A stretch of DNA of 53,098 bases from Patescibacteria group bacterium UBA1370 (GCA_002306315.1 DBRK01000035.1:1-53098), one strand, 5' to 3'; shown: positions 27,389-37,457, numbered from the stretch's first letter. The notes: a model not told the origin generated them from the sequence alone. A program made the numbers and translations.

Positions 27389-28603
27389 ATGCTCAAAGAA
27401 GCGCTCTATACCGCCAAGAGGCCATATCACCTGGTCAAAACCGGATTGTTGAATGGCTTACCGGCGGCGATAAAATACCGTTTCCCTGCCCGCAAGCTCC
27501 ATATTTCCGCTATTACCGGCACAGACGGCAAAACCACTTCCTCGACCTTGCTCTACCATGTGCTGAAAAACTCAGGCTACAAAGCTGGTTTGCTATCTAC
27601 CGTGGCAGCTTATATCGGCAACGAAGAAATTGATACCGGTTTTCATGTTACTTCTCCGCAACCATCTGACCTGCAGAATTTTATGCGCTGCCTGGTGGAT
27701 CAGGGTTATACACATCTGGTGATGGAGGTGACCTCGCATGGCAGTTATCAGTATCGGACTTGGGGGGTGAAACCAGAGTTGGCGGGGATTACTAATGTTG
27801 CTCATGAGCATCTTGACTATCATCTGACTTATCAACGCTACCTCAAGGCTAAAGCCGACGTGCTGAAACCAGCTCCAACCATTGTTTTGAACGAGCAGGA
27901 TAACTCGTATTTAAAATTGAAAAAGGAAATCGGCTTCAACCACACTCTCTTGACCTACTCGATGGACATGAATCTGCCCAAAAAGATAAGTGCTGCAATC
28001 GAAAAGCGTTTCCCCGAAACCTACAATCAGCTTAATGCCAGACTGGTATATCAATTGGCTAAAACCCTTGGAGTTGGTGATGACAGCTTTGCAGCAGCAA
28101 TAGAAACTTTCCCAGGAATAGCGGGAAGAATGGAATACATAAAAACCAGAAGACATTTTGATGTCATTATTGATTTTGCTCATACGCCGCAAGGTCTGAA
28201 AGCCGCACTCACTAGTGTTAGAGATAAACACAAAAAAACAAAACTCTCGGGCAGAATAATCGCAGTTTTCGGCTGCGCCGGGCTCCGGGATTTTGCTAAG
28301 CGGCCGATGATGGGCAAGATTGCGGTGGAGTTAGCCGATTTGACAGTATTTACTGCAGAAGACCCCCGCACCGAGAATGTTTGGTCTATCATCAGACAGA
28401 TGAAGGAGCAGCTCCCCGCCAACCACAATAAAGTCATCTCCATCGCTGACCGCCGGGAAGCCATTCATTTTGCCATCAATAAACTAGCTGCTAGCGGCGA
28501 TACGGTCATTATTTTGGGCAAAGGCCACGAAAAGAGCATCTGTTACGGCACAACTGAGTATCCCTGGAGCGACCGAGCGGTGGCTGAGGAAGCACTCGGA
28601 TAG
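27389..28603 (+). CDS. murE: Mur ligase, MurE-like (UDP-MurNAc-L-Ala-D-Glu:diamino acid ligase) with a very short N-terminal domain
   Basis: P-loop ITGTDGKTT only about 45 aa from the start, plus EVTSHG, NVAHEHLDYH, DFAHTPQGL, FGCAGLRDFAKRPMMG, TAEDPRTE (DNPR-like) and LGKGHE motifs. The track start at 27212 overlaps ftsI. Confidence 0.75.
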   Translation: MLKEALYTAKRPYHLVKTGLLNGLPAAIKYRFPARKLHISAITGTDGKTTSSTLLYHVLKNSGYKAGLLSTVAAYIGNEEIDTGFHVTSPQPSDLQNFMRCLVDQGYTHLVMEVTSHGSYQYRTWGVKPELAGITNVAHEHLDYHLTYQRYLKAKADVLKPAPTIVLNEQDNSYLKLKKEIGFNHTLLTYSMDMNLPKKISAAIEKRFPETYNQLNARLVYQLAKTLGVGDDSFAAAIETFPGIAGRMEYIKTRRHFDVIIDFAHTPQGLKAALTSVRDKHKKTKLSGRIIAVFGCAGLRDFAKRPMMGKIAVELADLTVFTAEDPRTENVWSIIRQMKEQLPANHNKVISIADRREAIHFAINKLAASGDTVIILGKGHEKSICYGTTEYPWSDRAVAEEALG

Positions 28604-28608
28604 AAGCT

Positions 28609-29616
28609 ATGAGCACACCTCAAACAGTGACTATGGGCGGCGGCACCGGCACATTCGCGGTCATCTCTGCCTTAAAAAAACTGCCAGTAAAAATTTCCAC
28701 AGTCATTGCGGTTTCTGATTCCGGCGGTTCGACCGGTAGAATCCGAGACGAGTTTGGTTTTCCCCCTGTCGGTGACTTGCGGCAATCCTTAGCTGCATTA
28801 GCTGAGCCGGAGAGCCAAGAATGGATTCGCAAAATTCTTCTTTATCGCTTTGATAAGGGAGAGGGATTGCGGGGTCATAACCTCGGCAACCTGATTCTGA
28901 CTGCGCTTCAGGATATGACAGAAGGCGACACCACTCGAGCACTAGAGATAGCCGAAAGCGTATTTGATCTGCAGGGCAAGGTCATTCCTGTAACAGCCGA
29001 AAATGTTGAACTGGTTATCTATTATGCCAACGGTACCAAGGTAGTTGGTGAACACATCCTGGATGAGACGGGTGATAATCCTAAAAAAGTTGCTAGGATT
29101 GAATTAACGCCGGCAGCTACACTCAATTCGGTGGCAGCGGACGCGTTGGCTAAAGCAAACCTGATTATCATTGGACCAGGCGACTACTATGCCAGCCTGA
29201 TGGCAACTCTAGTAGTAGAGGGAATTAGCGAGGTTTTTGCAAAAACTCAAGCCAAGATTGTCTACATCACCAACCTGATGACCAGAAGAACCCAAACACA
29301 TGGGATGACAGCTGCTGATCATCTCCGAGGCATTGAAAACCAGATTGGGAGAAAAGTGGATCGAATCCTCATCAACAATGAATTCATACCTGAGGAGATT
29401 ATCAATGCCTATGCTGCTGAGGACGAGTATCCAGTTGTTGATGACTTAACTAGTGATGAAAGGGTTTTACGTTTGCCGTTGATCAGGACTACAATAGTGC
29501 AAAAAGCTGCTGAGGACACTGCCTACAGGTCGCTTTTGCGTCATGATGAGGACAAGCTGCGAGCAGCGCTGCAACAGCTGCTGTCAGAAATAAAGGAAAG
29601 CCATGGAAATTCTTAA
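28609..29616 (+). CDS. yvcK: YvcK/GlmR-family protein (UPF0052, CofD-like fold)
   Basis: MGGGTGTFAVISALKK N-terminal glycine loop, VSDSGGSTGRIRDE, and DLRQSLAAL (the family DhRNCL-type motif). Confidence 0.75.
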   Translation: MSTPQTVTMGGGTGTFAVISALKKLPVKISTVIAVSDSGGSTGRIRDEFGFPPVGDLRQSLAALAEPESQEWIRKILLYRFDKGEGLRGHNLGNLILTALQDMTEGDTTRALEIAESVFDLQGKVIPVTAENVELVIYYANGTKVVGEHILDETGDNPKKVARIELTPAATLNSVAADALAKANLIIIGPGDYYASLMATLVVEGISEVFAKTQAKIVYITNLMTRRTQTHGMTAADHLRGIENQIGRKVDRILINNEFIPEEIINAYAAEDEYPVVDDLTSDERVLRLPLIRTTIVQKAAEDTAYRSLLRHDEDKLRAALQQLLSEIKESHGNS

Positions 29617-31012
29617 GTATCAAAACTTCTACCTAGTAGGTATTAAAGGTGTAGGCATGGCTTCCTTGGCACAGCTCTTGCTTGATGCCGGCAAAAACGT
29701 CAGCGGCAGTGATGTTGATGGAAAATTCGTGACCGCAGCTTTGTTGGAAAAGTTGCAAATTCAGATTGACGAAGGTTTCAACCAACCCTTGCCGGCAAAC
29801 ACGGATTGCGTAATCTATACAGCTGCCCATCAAGGCAGGTTTAATCCTCAGGTTCAACAGGCAGAGCAGGCTGGTTTGCCTGTATATTCTCATGCTGAAG
29901 CCCTGGGAGAATTTTTTAATAGCCAAAAGGGCATCGCTGTTTGTGGAGTTGGCGGAAAAACCACCACCAGCGCCATGATTACCTGGATCTTGCATCAACT
30001 CAAGCTGCAGCCTTCTTATTCCATCGGAATAGCCCAAATTCATGGTCTTGAGAATACCGGCCATTACAATCTAAACAGTGAATACTTCGTCGCCGAGGCC
30101 GATGAGTACGCAACCGACCCAGTGGGAGTTCAGCGAGGCGGCGAAGTGGTGCCGCGGTTCGCATTCCTGAATCCGCACATTACTGTCATGAGGGGTCTGC
30201 AATTTGATCATCCAGATGTGTATCGGGACTTTGATCATACGAAATCAGTATTCAATAAATTTTTCCAACAAATTGATCATGACGGGACATTGATTTTTCC
30301 GGCTTCACAAAAATATCCTGAGTTAGTTACCAGCGCAAGCAACTTGATCTTTTATGGAGAAGGCGAAGATAATGATGCTCAAATCAGATATGATCAAGCA
30401 GCCTCGCGTGGGAAGACAGTAGGGCATATAAAATACCAGGGGGTCGAACAGGTAATTGAAATAAGTTTGCCTGGTAAATATAACTTTGACAATGCCGCTG
30501 CTGCCGTGCTGGCAACAACAGCCGCCGGAGTCCCAATCGAAGAAGCTGCGGAGGCCATGAAATCTTTTTCGTCGGTGAAGCGGCGGTTTGAACGCAAGGC
30601 AGACAAAAACGGCTTGCTTTGTTTTGACGATTACGCCCACCATCCCCATGAAATCAAAGCCGTGGTGCAAACCCTCAACGAGTGGTATCCGGCGGAACGT
30701 AAATTTATTGCTTTTCAACCCCACACCTTTTCCAGGACAAAAGAGTTGTTTGATGAGTTCGTGGATGCTTTCGCAGAGTCTCAGAGTGTCTTGTTAGCTG
30801 ACATATTTGCCTCCGCGAGAGAATCTGCTGATTCATCTGTTTCATCCGCCCAACTGGCGGAAGCTATTGCCAGAAAATATCCCGCTACCCAAGCAGAATA
30901 TTTAGGCTCCCTAGAGAATATTGCTGATTACATGAAAGAAAATGCCCGCCCCGGCGATGTTTTTATAACCTTGGGTGCAGGGGATATTTATCAAGTGCAC
31001 GAAATGTTATAG
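29603..31012 (+). CDS. murC: UDP-N-acetylmuramate--L-alanine ligase
   Basis: YLVGIKGVGMASLAQLL, GVGGKTTTSAM and DDYAHHPHEIKA motifs. Confidence 0.85.
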   Translation: MEILKYQNFYLVGIKGVGMASLAQLLLDAGKNVSGSDVDGKFVTAALLEKLQIQIDEGFNQPLPANTDCVIYTAAHQGRFNPQVQQAEQAGLPVYSHAEALGEFFNSQKGIAVCGVGGKTTTSAMITWILHQLKLQPSYSIGIAQIHGLENTGHYNLNSEYFVAEADEYATDPVGVQRGGEVVPRFAFLNPHITVMRGLQFDHPDVYRDFDHTKSVFNKFFQQIDHDGTLIFPASQKYPELVTSASNLIFYGEGEDNDAQIRYDQAASRGKTVGHIKYQGVEQVIEISLPGKYNFDNAAAAVLATTAAGVPIEEAAEAMKSFSSVKRRFERKADKNGLLCFDDYAHHPHEIKAVVQTLNEWYPAERKFIAFQPHTFSRTKELFDEFVDAFAESQSVLLADIFASARESADSSVSSAQLAEAIARKYPATQAEYLGSLENIADYMKENARPGDVFITLGAGDIYQVHEML

Positions 31013-31013
31013 T
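31005..31013 (+). promoter_or_regulatory. extended -10 TGtTATAGT, 6 nt before ATG 31020 (leaderless geometry), overlapping the murC stop
   Basis: TGTTATAGT-accttc-ATG read directly. Confidence 0.4.
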
Positions 31014-31019
31014 ACCTTC

Positions 31020-31982
31020 ATGACAGAGACACAGCAGCAGTTTGCGACTACATTTCCTGGTGTCAACTTTGAGTTCGACAAACCTCTGGCGCCGATGACG
31101 TATTTCAAAATCGGCGGCAATGCCGAGATCTTCCTGGAAACAGCGGATGAATCTTTGATAGGTAGGTTAGCCGAATTTGCCCAGCAAAATCAGATCCCTT
31201 ACCGCGTCTTTGGCGGTGGCAGCAATGTGTTGGTGCCCGACGAGGGCGTTCCCGGATTAACCTTGAAAATTGCTTTGGATGATATCAAGGAAGTCGGCAC
31301 TGACAACAATGGAAAGCGGCTAGTTCAGGCAGGAGCAGGAATTAAGACTGCGCTGCTGGTGTCTCAGACTGTGGCTTTGGGTTTGACTGGCCTAGAGTAT
31401 TTCCTGGGCGTACCCGGCACACTGGGCGGAGCCGTTTATAACAACTCACATTATCTAGAAGACCTTATCGGTGAACACATCACCAGGGTACAGGTAGTCA
31501 AGGATTCTCAAGGTCCTTACTGGCTGGCAAATGAGGAGTGCGATTTTGGTTATGACCATTCCCGTTTTCATTCAACTAAGGAAGTTATCCTCAGGGTAGA
31601 ATTCGCCCTAGCTAACGGAGACCGTGAAACCTCTCAAGCTTTAATTAGAAAAGCCACTGAGTACCGTGCACAAACACAGCCGTTAGGACCGCCAAGCTCA
31701 GGTTGTATCTTCCGCAACACTCCCAACACACCGGAACTCCGCAAAAGGTTTCCTCAATTTGCAGAGAGGTCACATGTACCTGCCGGGTTTCTGATTGATC
31801 AAGCCGGACTAAAAGGAGCTTCTGAAGGCGGAGTTGTAGTCAGCGATAAACACGCGGCCTGGATTATCAATACCGGCGATGCCACTGCCAAAGAGGTAAT
31901 TAGTTTAGTCAACAAAGTAAAACAAACCGTCAAAGAACAATTCGGAGTTGAGCTGCAGGAGGAAATTTTCCTTCTTAAATGA
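31020..31982 (+). CDS. murB: UDP-N-acetylenolpyruvoylglucosamine reductase
   Basis: MTYFKIGGNAEIF, FGGGSNVLV and PSSGCIFRN motifs. Confidence 0.85.
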   Translation: MTETQQQFATTFPGVNFEFDKPLAPMTYFKIGGNAEIFLETADESLIGRLAEFAQQNQIPYRVFGGGSNVLVPDEGVPGLTLKIALDDIKEVGTDNNGKRLVQAGAGIKTALLVSQTVALGLTGLEYFLGVPGTLGGAVYNNSHYLEDLIGEHITRVQVVKDSQGPYWLANEECDFGYDHSRFHSTKEVILRVEFALANGDRETSQALIRKATEYRAQTQPLGPPSSGCIFRNTPNTPELRKRFPQFAERSHVPAGFLIDQAGLKGASEGGVVVSDKHAAWIINTGDATAKEVISLVNKVKQTVKEQFGVELQEEIFLLK

Positions 31983-32012
31983 TCAAGAATAAGCCGAGTA
32001 GAAAGGATCTCT

Positions 32013-33332
32013 ATGGCAAGATTTTATGTTACCGGCGGCACACCCCTGCACGGTTCGGTCAGGATTGGTGGTGCAAAAAATGCGTCTTACAAAATCATGA
32101 TTGCCTCGTTGTTGGCAGATACAGAGTCGCGGATTCTTAATTTTTCCCATATTAGCGATGTTGAATTAGTTGCTAAGATTATTGGTTATCTGGGAGCAGA
32201 GGTAAATCGGGCGGGGGAGAGGGCAATTTTTATTAATCCCACCCAGCTTAATTCTTTTGAGATTGACCCGGCACATGGGGAACAGGGCAGATTCTCGACA
32301 ATGTTTATTCCGCCCCTGCTGGCCCGCTTTGGCAAAGCTCGTGTCCCAGCTCCAGGCGGTGACAAAATCAGTAAAAGACCACTGGACAGACATTTTGAAG
32401 GTTTGCGGGCGTTGGGAGCGACAGTTGGATACGAAAACGGCATGTATGTTGCCGAAACTTCCGGACTTAAAGGTGCAACCTACCGTTTTGAAAAAAATAC
32501 CCATACCGGCACAGAAACACTTATCCTGGCAGCTGTGAAAGCCAGTGGCAAGACCGTGCTGGAAAATGCAGCTGAAGAACCGGAAATCGACGATTTGATC
32601 TTATTCCTGAACAGCATGGGCGCCAAAGTCCAGCGCCGGCCGGACAGAGTTATTGAGATTGAAGGTGTGGAAAAACTCAACGGTGCCATCCACCGGTTAA
32701 TGCCTGACCGCAATGAGGCGGTCAGCTACGCCTGCGCCGCCATTGCTACCCGAGGTGATGTGATCATCGAGAATGCTCGGCATCAAGATTTGACAGCTTT
32801 TCTTGAAAAACTCGAGGAAATCGGAGCTGGTTTTGAAGTAGGCAACTTCGGGATTCGTTTTTATCGCAAAGGTGAGCTCAGAGCCACCGATGTCACCACC
32901 GAGATCCATCCGGGTTTTATGACGGACTGGCAGCCGTTATGGGCGACGGTGATGACCCAATGCTCTGGCGTCAGCACCATTCATGAAACCATCATGTCCA
33001 ACCGTTTTCAGTATGTAGATGCCTTGGTCAAGATGGGTGCGAAGATTGAAAAATTCAACCCCGAGACAGCAAATCCAGATGAGGTTTATAATTTTGACCT
33101 CAAAGACGACCAACCAGGAACTATGCACGCCATCCGCATCTCCGGTCCAACTCCGTTGCAAGCCGGCGAGTTTGAAGTTGTAGACCTGCGCCATGGGGCA
33201 ACGCTGATTACTGCAGCAATGTCTGCCCAGGGAACCTCGATTATATCCGGAATTGAACACGTCGATCGTGGTTACGAAAAGCTCGATGAGCGCCTCAGAT
33301 CCATGGGTGCAAAAATCGAACGCAAGGATTAA
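32013..33332 (+). CDS. murA: UDP-N-acetylglucosamine 1-carboxyvinyltransferase (Asp in place of the fosfomycin-target Cys)
   Basis: GGAKNASYKIM, and PGGDKISKRPLDRH aligning with E. coli PGGCAIGARPVDLH. AAGGA Shine-Dalgarno upstream. Confidence 0.9.
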   Translation: MARFYVTGGTPLHGSVRIGGAKNASYKIMIASLLADTESRILNFSHISDVELVAKIIGYLGAEVNRAGERAIFINPTQLNSFEIDPAHGEQGRFSTMFIPPLLARFGKARVPAPGGDKISKRPLDRHFEGLRALGATVGYENGMYVAETSGLKGATYRFEKNTHTGTETLILAAVKASGKTVLENAAEEPEIDDLILFLNSMGAKVQRRPDRVIEIEGVEKLNGAIHRLMPDRNEAVSYACAAIATRGDVIIENARHQDLTAFLEKLEEIGAGFEVGNFGIRFYRKGELRATDVTTEIHPGFMTDWQPLWATVMTQCSGVSTIHETIMSNRFQYVDALVKMGAKIEKFNPETANPDEVYNFDLKDDQPGTMHAIRISGPTPLQAGEFEVVDLRHGATLITAAMSAQGTSIISGIEHVDRGYEKLDERLRSMGAKIERKD

Positions 33333-33362
33333 AAAGTAAGAGCACAATCTCCAGCTACCTGG

Positions 33363-33391
33363 TTGGAAACTCATGGCTGCTCATCTATAAT
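33363..33391 (+). promoter_or_regulatory. sigma70-type internal promoter: TTGGAA, 17-nt spacer, TATAAT, upstream of mraY
   Basis: Read directly: TTGGAA at 33363-33368 and TATAAT at 33386-33391. It sits in a 103-bp gap, with an AAGGA Shine-Dalgarno before ATG 33436. Confidence 0.45.
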
Positions 33392-33435
33392 GGACGACAG
33401 GGCTGCTGGTAGAGTCAGCTACTAAGAAGGAAATC

Positions 33436-34482
33436 ATGGGATCATTGGCTTTGGCGCTTAGCGTACTAATGTTGTCTTTTATCGGCACCAGCATTTTAAT
33501 TATCCCCTTTATCAACTTGCTCTACCGATTACGGTTTCAGCGGGCCAAACAAGACACTACCCGTGATGTCTTCGGCAGGCTAACGCCTATTTTCAACCGC
33601 TTTCACCAACAGAAAGCCGGAGTTCCGGTCGGCGGCGGCTTACTGGTTTTGGTGGTGGTGTCGATTCTTTTTGCAATCCTGCTGCCGATTCTCCGGGCAT
33701 TTGGCATTGAAATTACCAGCGTGTATCCCAATGTTGCCGCTGAGATCAATGTCCTCTTCTTTACTTTTTTGTCATTCGGGATAGTGGGTTTATACGACGA
33801 TATCAAGAAATTTTTCAAATTTAAGGCAACCGGTTTTTTTGGCCTGAGAATGAAACATAAGTTGTTGTTACAGGTGTTGCTGGCAACAGTAATCGCCGGT
33901 ATTTTATATTTCCAATTGGGTATATCCATACTCAACATTCCTTTCATTGGCACTTTTGAACTCGGTTGGGCCTATATTCCTTTTGCGGTAGCCGCTATCG
34001 TGGCTTTTGCCAATGCTGTCAATATCACCGACGGCTTGGATGGCTTGGCTGCCGGGACTTTAATGATCTCCTTGTTTGGATTGTGGTTTTTATCGGCTAC
34101 GATTCTTGATGTGCCCCTTAATCTTTTCCTGGCACTCTGGATTGGGTCGCTGATCTCGTTTTTGTATTTCAATGTTTTCCCCGCCAGAATGTTCATGGGT
34201 GACGTCGGTTCGCTGGCCTTCGGGGCGACCCTGGCGGTAGTTGGTTTGCTCTTGGGCAAAGCTTTTGCCTTGGTGGTAATTGGTTTTATCTTTGTTCTGG
34301 AAGTGGGTAGTTCGTTGGTTCAGCTGTTGGCAAAAAGATTCCTGAGACGCAAACTCTTGCCGGCAGCGCCTCTGCACTTGTCTCTGCAACAATATGGATG
34401 GGAAGAACCAAAAATTGTCCAGCGAGCCTGGCTTGTGCAAATCATGCTGACTATCTTTGGCATGTGGCTGGCGGTACTTTAA
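33436..34482 (+). CDS. mraY: phospho-N-acetylmuramoyl-pentapeptide transferase
   Basis: 10-TM pattern with KAGVPVGGG, NAVNITDGLDGLA and FMGDVGSLAFG motifs. Confidence 0.9.
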   Translation: MGSLALALSVLMLSFIGTSILIIPFINLLYRLRFQRAKQDTTRDVFGRLTPIFNRFHQQKAGVPVGGGLLVLVVVSILFAILLPILRAFGIEITSVYPNVAAEINVLFFTFLSFGIVGLYDDIKKFFKFKATGFFGLRMKHKLLLQVLLATVIAGILYFQLGISILNIPFIGTFELGWAYIPFAVAAIVAFANAVNITDGLDGLAAGTLMISLFGLWFLSATILDVPLNLFLALWIGSLISFLYFNVFPARMFMGDVGSLAFGATLAVVGLLLGKAFALVVIGFIFVLEVGSSLVQLLAKRFLRRKLLPAAPLHLSLQQYGWEEPKIVQRAWLVQIMLTIFGMWLAVL

Positions 34483-34512
34483 TTATCAGCCTTTTCTTGA
34501 ATTTCTTGGGGT

Positions 34513-35595
34513 ATGAAAAAGAAGCCGATCTCTCCTCAGCAATCCGTGCTTTTCCTGATCGGCATCCTGGTGGTATTGAGTTTGTTGGGGTTGCTGTTTG
34601 TTTTTGAAGCTTCAACCTCAGAAGCATACCGAACTTTTGGCGATCAATACCACTTTTTAAAACATCACGCTATTGGCTTGGCAATTGGGCTGGTTTTCTT
34701 CAGCATGGCAGCATTGGTCCCGGCTGATTTATGGCTCAAAGCAGCGCCGCTCCTCTATGCCGGAGGCATCCTCAGTCTACTGCTGGTTTTCATCCCCGGA
34801 ATTGGGTTGAACTTAAACGGAGCGCGGCGCTGGATTTCTTTCGGTCCTGCAGTCTTTCAACCGGTGGAATTGATGAAACTGGCTTTGATTGCCTATCTCA
34901 GCTCTTGGCTGAGCAAATACCAAAAATTGCCGCAGTTCTTGGTGTTGCTGGGTATTCCTACCTTGTTAGTTTTGTTGCAGCCGGACCTTGGTTCGATGAT
35001 GGTGTTATGCGCTATTGGTTTTTCCCTGTACTTTGTAGCGGGCGGACAGCTGAAACAATTTATGCTCACCATAGGTGGAGCTGCCATTATGGTGCTCTTG
35101 GCAATTCTGGCTTCGCCTTACCGGCGGGAACGGTTGCTGACTTTTCTCAATCCCACCGCGGACCCGACTGGATCGAGCTTTCATGTTAGACAATTAACTA
35201 TAGCCCTAGGGCGAGGCGGCTTGTTTGGTCAAGGTATTGGTAACTCCAGTCAAAAATACGCTTACCTGCCTGAAGCCAGCACCGACTCCATCTTTGCAAT
35301 TGTGGCGGAAGAAATTGGCTTTGTTGGATCTACAATTATTATCACGCTCTTTCTTACTTTTCTGATTTTGCTTTTTCGGAATGTCATCAAATTGCCGACT
35401 GGTTCGCCGCAGCGGCTGCTGGGATTTGGCATCTTTTTTTGGCTGGCGATTCAGATCATCCTGAATTTGGCTGCGGTAGTAGGATTGGTGCCATTGACCG
35501 GCATTCCGCTGCCGTTTTTCTCATATGGCAGATCTGCTCAAGTCATGTTATTGTTGGCCTCAGGTATTATAGTAAGTTTAGGAAGACGTAAATGA
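34513..35595 (+). CDS. ftsW: SEDS-family peptidoglycan glycosyltransferase FtsW
   Basis: QPVELMKLALI, LQPDLGS and PLTGIPLPFFSYGRSA motifs. Position is between mraY and murG. Confidence 0.85.
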   Translation: MKKKPISPQQSVLFLIGILVVLSLLGLLFVFEASTSEAYRTFGDQYHFLKHHAIGLAIGLVFFSMAALVPADLWLKAAPLLYAGGILSLLLVFIPGIGLNLNGARRWISFGPAVFQPVELMKLALIAYLSSWLSKYQKLPQFLVLLGIPTLLVLLQPDLGSMMVLCAIGFSLYFVAGGQLKQFMLTIGGAAIMVLLAILASPYRRERLLTFLNPTADPTGSSFHVRQLTIALGRGGLFGQGIGNSSQKYAYLPEASTDSIFAIVAEEIGFVGSTIIITLFLTFLILLFRNVIKLPTGSPQRLLGFGIFFWLAIQIILNLAAVVGLVPLTGIPLPFFSYGRSAQVMLLLASGIIVSLGRRK

Positions 35596-36725
35596 AGATT
35601 TTGCTCTCCGGCGGGCATTTAACGCCGGCTTTGGCTTTTATTGAATATATTCAACAAAACCACCCGGAAGTGGAATTATATTTTGCCGGCCGCGTTTATA
35701 GTCGCAAAGAAGAGAAACAACTTTCCAGAGAAAGAGAGGAAATGCAGGCAAGGGGAGTAACCTTTATATCTTTTAGCTCCGGCAAACTTGGCCAAGGCAA
35801 CGCTGTTAGTTTGTTAAGGAATAGTCTTAGGATGTTGCGAGGATTTGGCCAAGCATTGTTGATTTTTCCCAGATACAAACCCGATGTTTTTGTCTCGTTC
35901 GGTGGCTATTTGGCGGTGCCTTTGGCTGTAGCCGCCTGGTTTTGGCGGATTCCAGTGATTACTCATGAACAAACCAGAACCGCAGGCATTGCCAATAATC
36001 TAATTGCTCCATTTGCCAAAAAAATCGCCCTTTCTTATCAGGAAACAAAAGAGTTTTTTCCTGCCAGTAAAACAGTCATCACCGGCAATCTAATCCGTCA
36101 GGAAATCCTGAAAGAGATCAAAGAGCCACCTCCTTGGTTTAAATACCAGGAGAAAAAACCGCTGCTTTATATCACCGGCGGCAGTCAAGGCTCAGAGGTA
36201 ATCAATGCTACTGTTGCCCGCAGTCTGAATGTAATCCTCAAGGACTGGGTGGTTATTCACCAATGCGGCAGCCCTACGAAAAGACGCAATTACGAAAAGG
36301 AACTGCAGCGTGAACGGGCTCAACTAACCAAAGCAAAACAAGAACGCTATTACATCAAGCCTTGGATTAATGAGCAAGACTTAGCCTGGATATATACCAA
36401 AGCAACTGCTGTCATTTCCCGGGCAGGAGCTAATACCACCCATGAGTTGCAAGTGCGTCGGGTGCCAGCAATTTTGATACCGTTGCCGTTTTCCCATAAC
36501 GACGAGCAGTATTTAAATGCCAAAGCACTGGCTGACACCGGCGGAGCTATTCTGCTGCCGCAAAAAGATCTAACCAGTGAAAAACTGATCGAAGCGTTGG
36601 AATTGATTAAAAAGCAACCCATGAGTTTCCGCCGCAAGCTTGCCAAAGCAGATGATTACAAAGAAAACGCAGCTGAATCTTTATTCAAACTAGCTGCCGA
36701 GGCTGCAAATTACAAACCAACCTAA
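35592..36725 (+). CDS. murG: undecaprenyldiphospho-muramoylpentapeptide beta-N-acetylglucosaminyltransferase
   Basis: KILLSGGHLTPALA, ITGGSQGS and ISRAGANTTHEL motifs. Confidence 0.85.
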   Translation: MKILLSGGHLTPALAFIEYIQQNHPEVELYFAGRVYSRKEEKQLSREREEMQARGVTFISFSSGKLGQGNAVSLLRNSLRMLRGFGQALLIFPRYKPDVFVSFGGYLAVPLAVAAWFWRIPVITHEQTRTAGIANNLIAPFAKKIALSYQETKEFFPASKTVITGNLIRQEILKEIKEPPPWFKYQEKKPLLYITGGSQGSEVINATVARSLNVILKDWVVIHQCGSPTKRRNYEKELQRERAQLTKAKQERYYIKPWINEQDLAWIYTKATAVISRAGANTTHELQVRRVPAILIPLPFSHNDEQYLNAKALADTGGAILLPQKDLTSEKLIEALELIKKQPMSFRRKLAKADDYKENAAESLFKLAAEAANYKPT

Positions 36726-36731
36726 GAGAAT

Positions 36732-37454
36732 ATGACTGCCCAAAAACACCCTTTTCGTTTTGCCGGTTTGGTAGTGGTTGCTGTGACCATGTGTTTGCTG
36801 GTGGTGCTTTCTCATCAGCTTTTCCGCATTAACAAGATCGTTTGCACCCTGGAAGATGGAGGGCAGTGCCCGAATAATTTGCAGCGCCAGCTAGATAATA
36901 TGATTGGTACAGCAGTGTTTTTCACTAAATATGAAGCGCTGTTGGTAGCCGAGCCCTTCGCCAGCGAGCCTTACACGCTCGTGAGCCATAACAAGATCTT
37001 GCCAGACACCTTGTCGGTAGTTTTCAGACCAGAGCCGTTGCTGTATGGCCTCAAGCTGGATAACGGCAACACATATTATGTTGGAGAAAAAGGTTCGCTG
37101 ATGAATATCTCCGGCAACCCGGACACCAACTCGATACACGCCACCGGGCCTGAAGAGCAGTTTCTGACTGACCACAACACTATTAACCCGCACTTTCACA
37201 GCTTGTTCGCTACGACTTTGTCGGCTTTAGCAAAACACCAATTCGAGCTTTCTGAAATCAGCTGGCAGAGTCCAACTGAAATAAAGCTAAAGCTTCGCAA
37301 CGCTCCGGATGCTATTATGGATGAATCAAATCCTGCATTGGCTGTGGAAAAACTGGCGTTGCTGTTGAATTCCAAAAACCTGGAAGAACTCGAGGGTCAA
37401 ATATCAGTTATTGATTTGCGGTTTGAGATGCCAGTACTACGCACTGGGCAATAA
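36732..37454 (+). CDS. FtsQ/DivIB-like cell division protein (bitopic)
   Basis: N-terminal TM (FAGLVVVAVTMCLLVVL) and canonical position between murG and ftsA. Sequence similarity was not assessed. Confidence 0.5.
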   Translation: MTAQKHPFRFAGLVVVAVTMCLLVVLSHQLFRINKIVCTLEDGGQCPNNLQRQLDNMIGTAVFFTKYEALLVAEPFASEPYTLVSHNKILPDTLSVVFRPEPLLYGLKLDNGNTYYVGEKGSLMNISGNPDTNSIHATGPEEQFLTDHNTINPHFHSLFATTLSALAKHQFELSEISWQSPTEIKLKLRNAPDAIMDESNPALAVEKLALLLNSKNLEELEGQISVIDLRFEMPVLRTGQ

Positions 37455-37457
37455 TTT

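Noticed and set aside
28690-28703. 11-mer ATTTCCACAGT shared between the yvcK coding region and the parB-upstream site (47131-47141)
   Set aside because: Hundreds of coincidental 11-mer repeats are expected in 53 kb on two strands. There is no partner half-site at the yvcK location.
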